A stretch of 64,000 bases of DNA from the human T2T-CHM13v2.0 reference genome, Homo sapiens, in the NCBI RefSeq assembly GCF_009914755.1, contig NC_060934.1. One strand, given 5' to 3'. Below are positions 61,410 to 64,000 of this stretch, piece by piece. Within the stretch, counting starts at the first letter, position 1. Each line of letters opens with the position of its first letter. The notes under the pieces were generated by a model. That model was not told the origin of the DNA. It made no database searches and saw only the letters and a list, made by a program, of their open reading frames with translations. Position numbers and translations under genes: made by a program.

Positions 61410-62200
61410 TTTACTTAATTTCATCCATTAATGGAAGCATATAAGTGACATAGAAGTGTGCCAGAAGCTGGGAGTAGGAAATAGAAAACGGATGACAAGA
61501 GTCTTGAAATGGTGTATATGGAGGAACAAGGACCTGGCCACAGGGATTGATTAGAGGAAATGAGAGGAGTTTCACAAAGAAACTGTGTTTTGACCCTTGG
61601 CATAAAGAAGGTTTGGAGAAGAGTATTCCAGGCTGAAGGAAAGGCAAGCAGATTTAAGTGAGTGCATGGGCAAGCAGTGAGGAACGGCCTGGCATGGGTG
61701 TAGGTACAGGGAGAAATGGGAGAGAAGACTGACACGCTGGAGTTTGGAATTGAAACAAGCTGAGGATCAGACCTGAAAATATCAAGAATTGCCTTTATTT
61801 TGTAGGTGATAGGAACCCATGGTAGTTTCTGAGGCGGAAAAAAAGTATTATGACCTGACCCTTGTTTTAGGATGGTCACTGCCAAGAGAAGCAAGTGCAG
61901 TTAGGCTGGAGGTGTGGACATTGGTGACTGATGGCCAAAGATAGCCAGTTGAGAGAAGGGAAGAAAGGGACTCATTTAGATGTATTGCCATGACATAGGT
62001 GAAGTCGCCAAGCTTAGCGTTTGGACCTGGGGGAAGGCTGAGCCTAGCGATTGGGCAGCACACAAGAGATGGTGCAAGGAAAATACATGCAGGGTGTTTT
62101 GCAATTTGTACATCTCAGTTTGAAATGTCCATGACAGAATGTATGTCAGGTATGGTATCAACTCCAACTTACCGCTCCAGGAGTGGGAGGAAGGGAACAA
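61410..62200. mobile_element. L2 fragments
   Basis: ttttgtaggtgataggaacccatgg and gtttgaaatgtccatgac L2 motifs. Confidence 0.55.
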
Positions 62201-62452
62201 TTGGTTTGCTCCCTCACCTGCCTGTAGACCTCTCTAATTGTAGTTTCTTTTCTTGTGAGGTCTGTGTTGTTTGCTTGTATGGCCCTTGCACTATTTTTGT
62301 TAGTATCATTTTGTGGACAGAGGAAGATAGTGGAAAGATTCCTGTTGGATATACCACTTTAGAGTTAACCTAGAGAAGTGCAAGTGGGGCCTAGTTCAAG
62401 TGAGTGGAGAAGCAGGTAGTGAAAAGGACTGAAAACTTGGATGGAAATGTAA

Positions 62453-62829
<377 letters not shown>

Positions 62830-64000
62830 AGGCACATGTGTTTTTATGAGACAGGGTCCTGGAAAGGTTGGGGTCTACTGGGTCCTGCGGGTCCAGGTGA
62901 GTTTTGTCAAGATGGAGAATTTAGGTCACCTCGGACAAGTGTCAATCTGGCTGAGCCATGCCTCTTACTGTTACTTGACAGCATCCTGTGTTCTCATCTT
63001 CTCTTGATGCCTCACACTGGGATCCCCTGGATGGAAGAGCCTGTCCTACTGGAGATAATGCCTGGCAAGTAGGTGTTCCATAAATGGTGGGCTGGGTAAG
63101 CTAATGACTAGAGCGTATCCTTTACACCATTTCTGTCCTCTGAAAATGCAACATTCATGGCCCTCAAAGTGTGACATGAGGACACTGCATGCAGCGCTGT
63201 GATATTATAGTGATGTGAGCATGGGCTCCGGTGCCAAATACCCACATAGCATCCTGCCCTCACTGGCTGCCTCACTCCCTGCAAGTGCCTCAACTCTGGG
63301 GCTGTGCTTTGTCATCTGTCCTGTGGGAAGCCTAATGTCACCTGGCAGTGTTGCTGGGAGGATTTGGCGTGTGCATGCAGGGCAGGGGGTGGCAAGTGCT
63401 CGGTGAGTGCTGGCTGCCGCCATCATCCTGACTGGTACCAGGCTCGGCTCAGCACCCTGGTGTACAGGTTCGTCAAGTCAAGCATCTGTCTCTCATGTCT
63501 CCTGGCATGGCAGCTATGTCTCTAGGCAAACATACCCAGAAGAGTTTGATGTGAACCAAGTGCTGTTGTTTCCCTCGATTTGATGTGTCACAAGGAAAAG
63601 ATATTCTAGAACCTGAAGCCCACCCCCACCCACCACCAGTGTGCAGCTGAACCAATGAACCCACGTGCTGACCCCGAGGCTCCCCATCCCCATGGCCACT
63701 GCCACAGCCACCACCAGGCCTGGGCCCAGAAAAGTGCTCTACTCCTCAGTCCCTTGTCTCCTTTTACCACAGACCCTGCCCCTTGTCTCCTTTTACCACA
63801 GTGGACAGACATTTATCAAAAGCTCACTGAAAGAAGGGAAAGAGGAAATAATTATAGAAAAACACGTCTCTACCAGGCATTTTGGGCCAGCTGCTGCTGG
63901 TTTACTAAACTGGTGAGCTTTTTAACCAGCTGTGGCCTGAGTGCAGGGGCTTGGGATTTATGAAACCATTGGGTTAAGACCCAATGCCCAGATAGCATAG

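Noticed and set aside
61421-61894. Longest ORF in the track (157 aa, minus strand)
   Set aside because: Lies in L2-derived sequence, has no recognisable domain and no supporting gene structure
63100-64000. GC-richer end of the window with many short ORFs, possibly a neighbouring gene
   Set aside because: No recognisable protein or exon structure, so a gene call is not supported

Overview
This is AT-rich primate DNA, Alu/L1-containing and consistent with human. It carries all coding exons of MAPK8 (JNK1) on the + strand. The window starts inside the long first intron, so the promoter and non-coding exon 1 lie upstream. The CDS begins at 22720 and runs through 11 exon positions. One position is a pair of mutually exclusive 72-nt exons (alpha 45153-45224, beta 45579-45650), both ending in U12-type (minor spliceosome) donors. 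A tandem acceptor 5 nt apart in the last exon gives the 384-aa p46 form (stop 55977) or the 427-aa p54 form (stop 56111), followed by a ~4.3-kb 3'UTR (AATAAA 60407). The introns hold an antisense ERV1 remnant with an intact tRNA-Ser primer-binding site, MLT/MER21 LTRs, old L1/L2/MIR copies, DNA-transposon relics and about 17 Alus. Nearly all ORFs in the supplied track are spurious. The best leads are: (1) a UGA-CUA stop context plus G-quadruplex after the p54 stop, suggesting readthrough; (2) a ~330-bp, ~96% identical inverted duplication in intron 1; (3) in-frame U2 splice sites bracketing the U12 intron; (4) a nested palindrome split by an Alu; (5) a cryptic Alu exon next to (UG)23. Repeat boundaries and subfamilies were assigned by eye and are approximate. 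No prokaryotic-type system (CRISPR, operon) is present.
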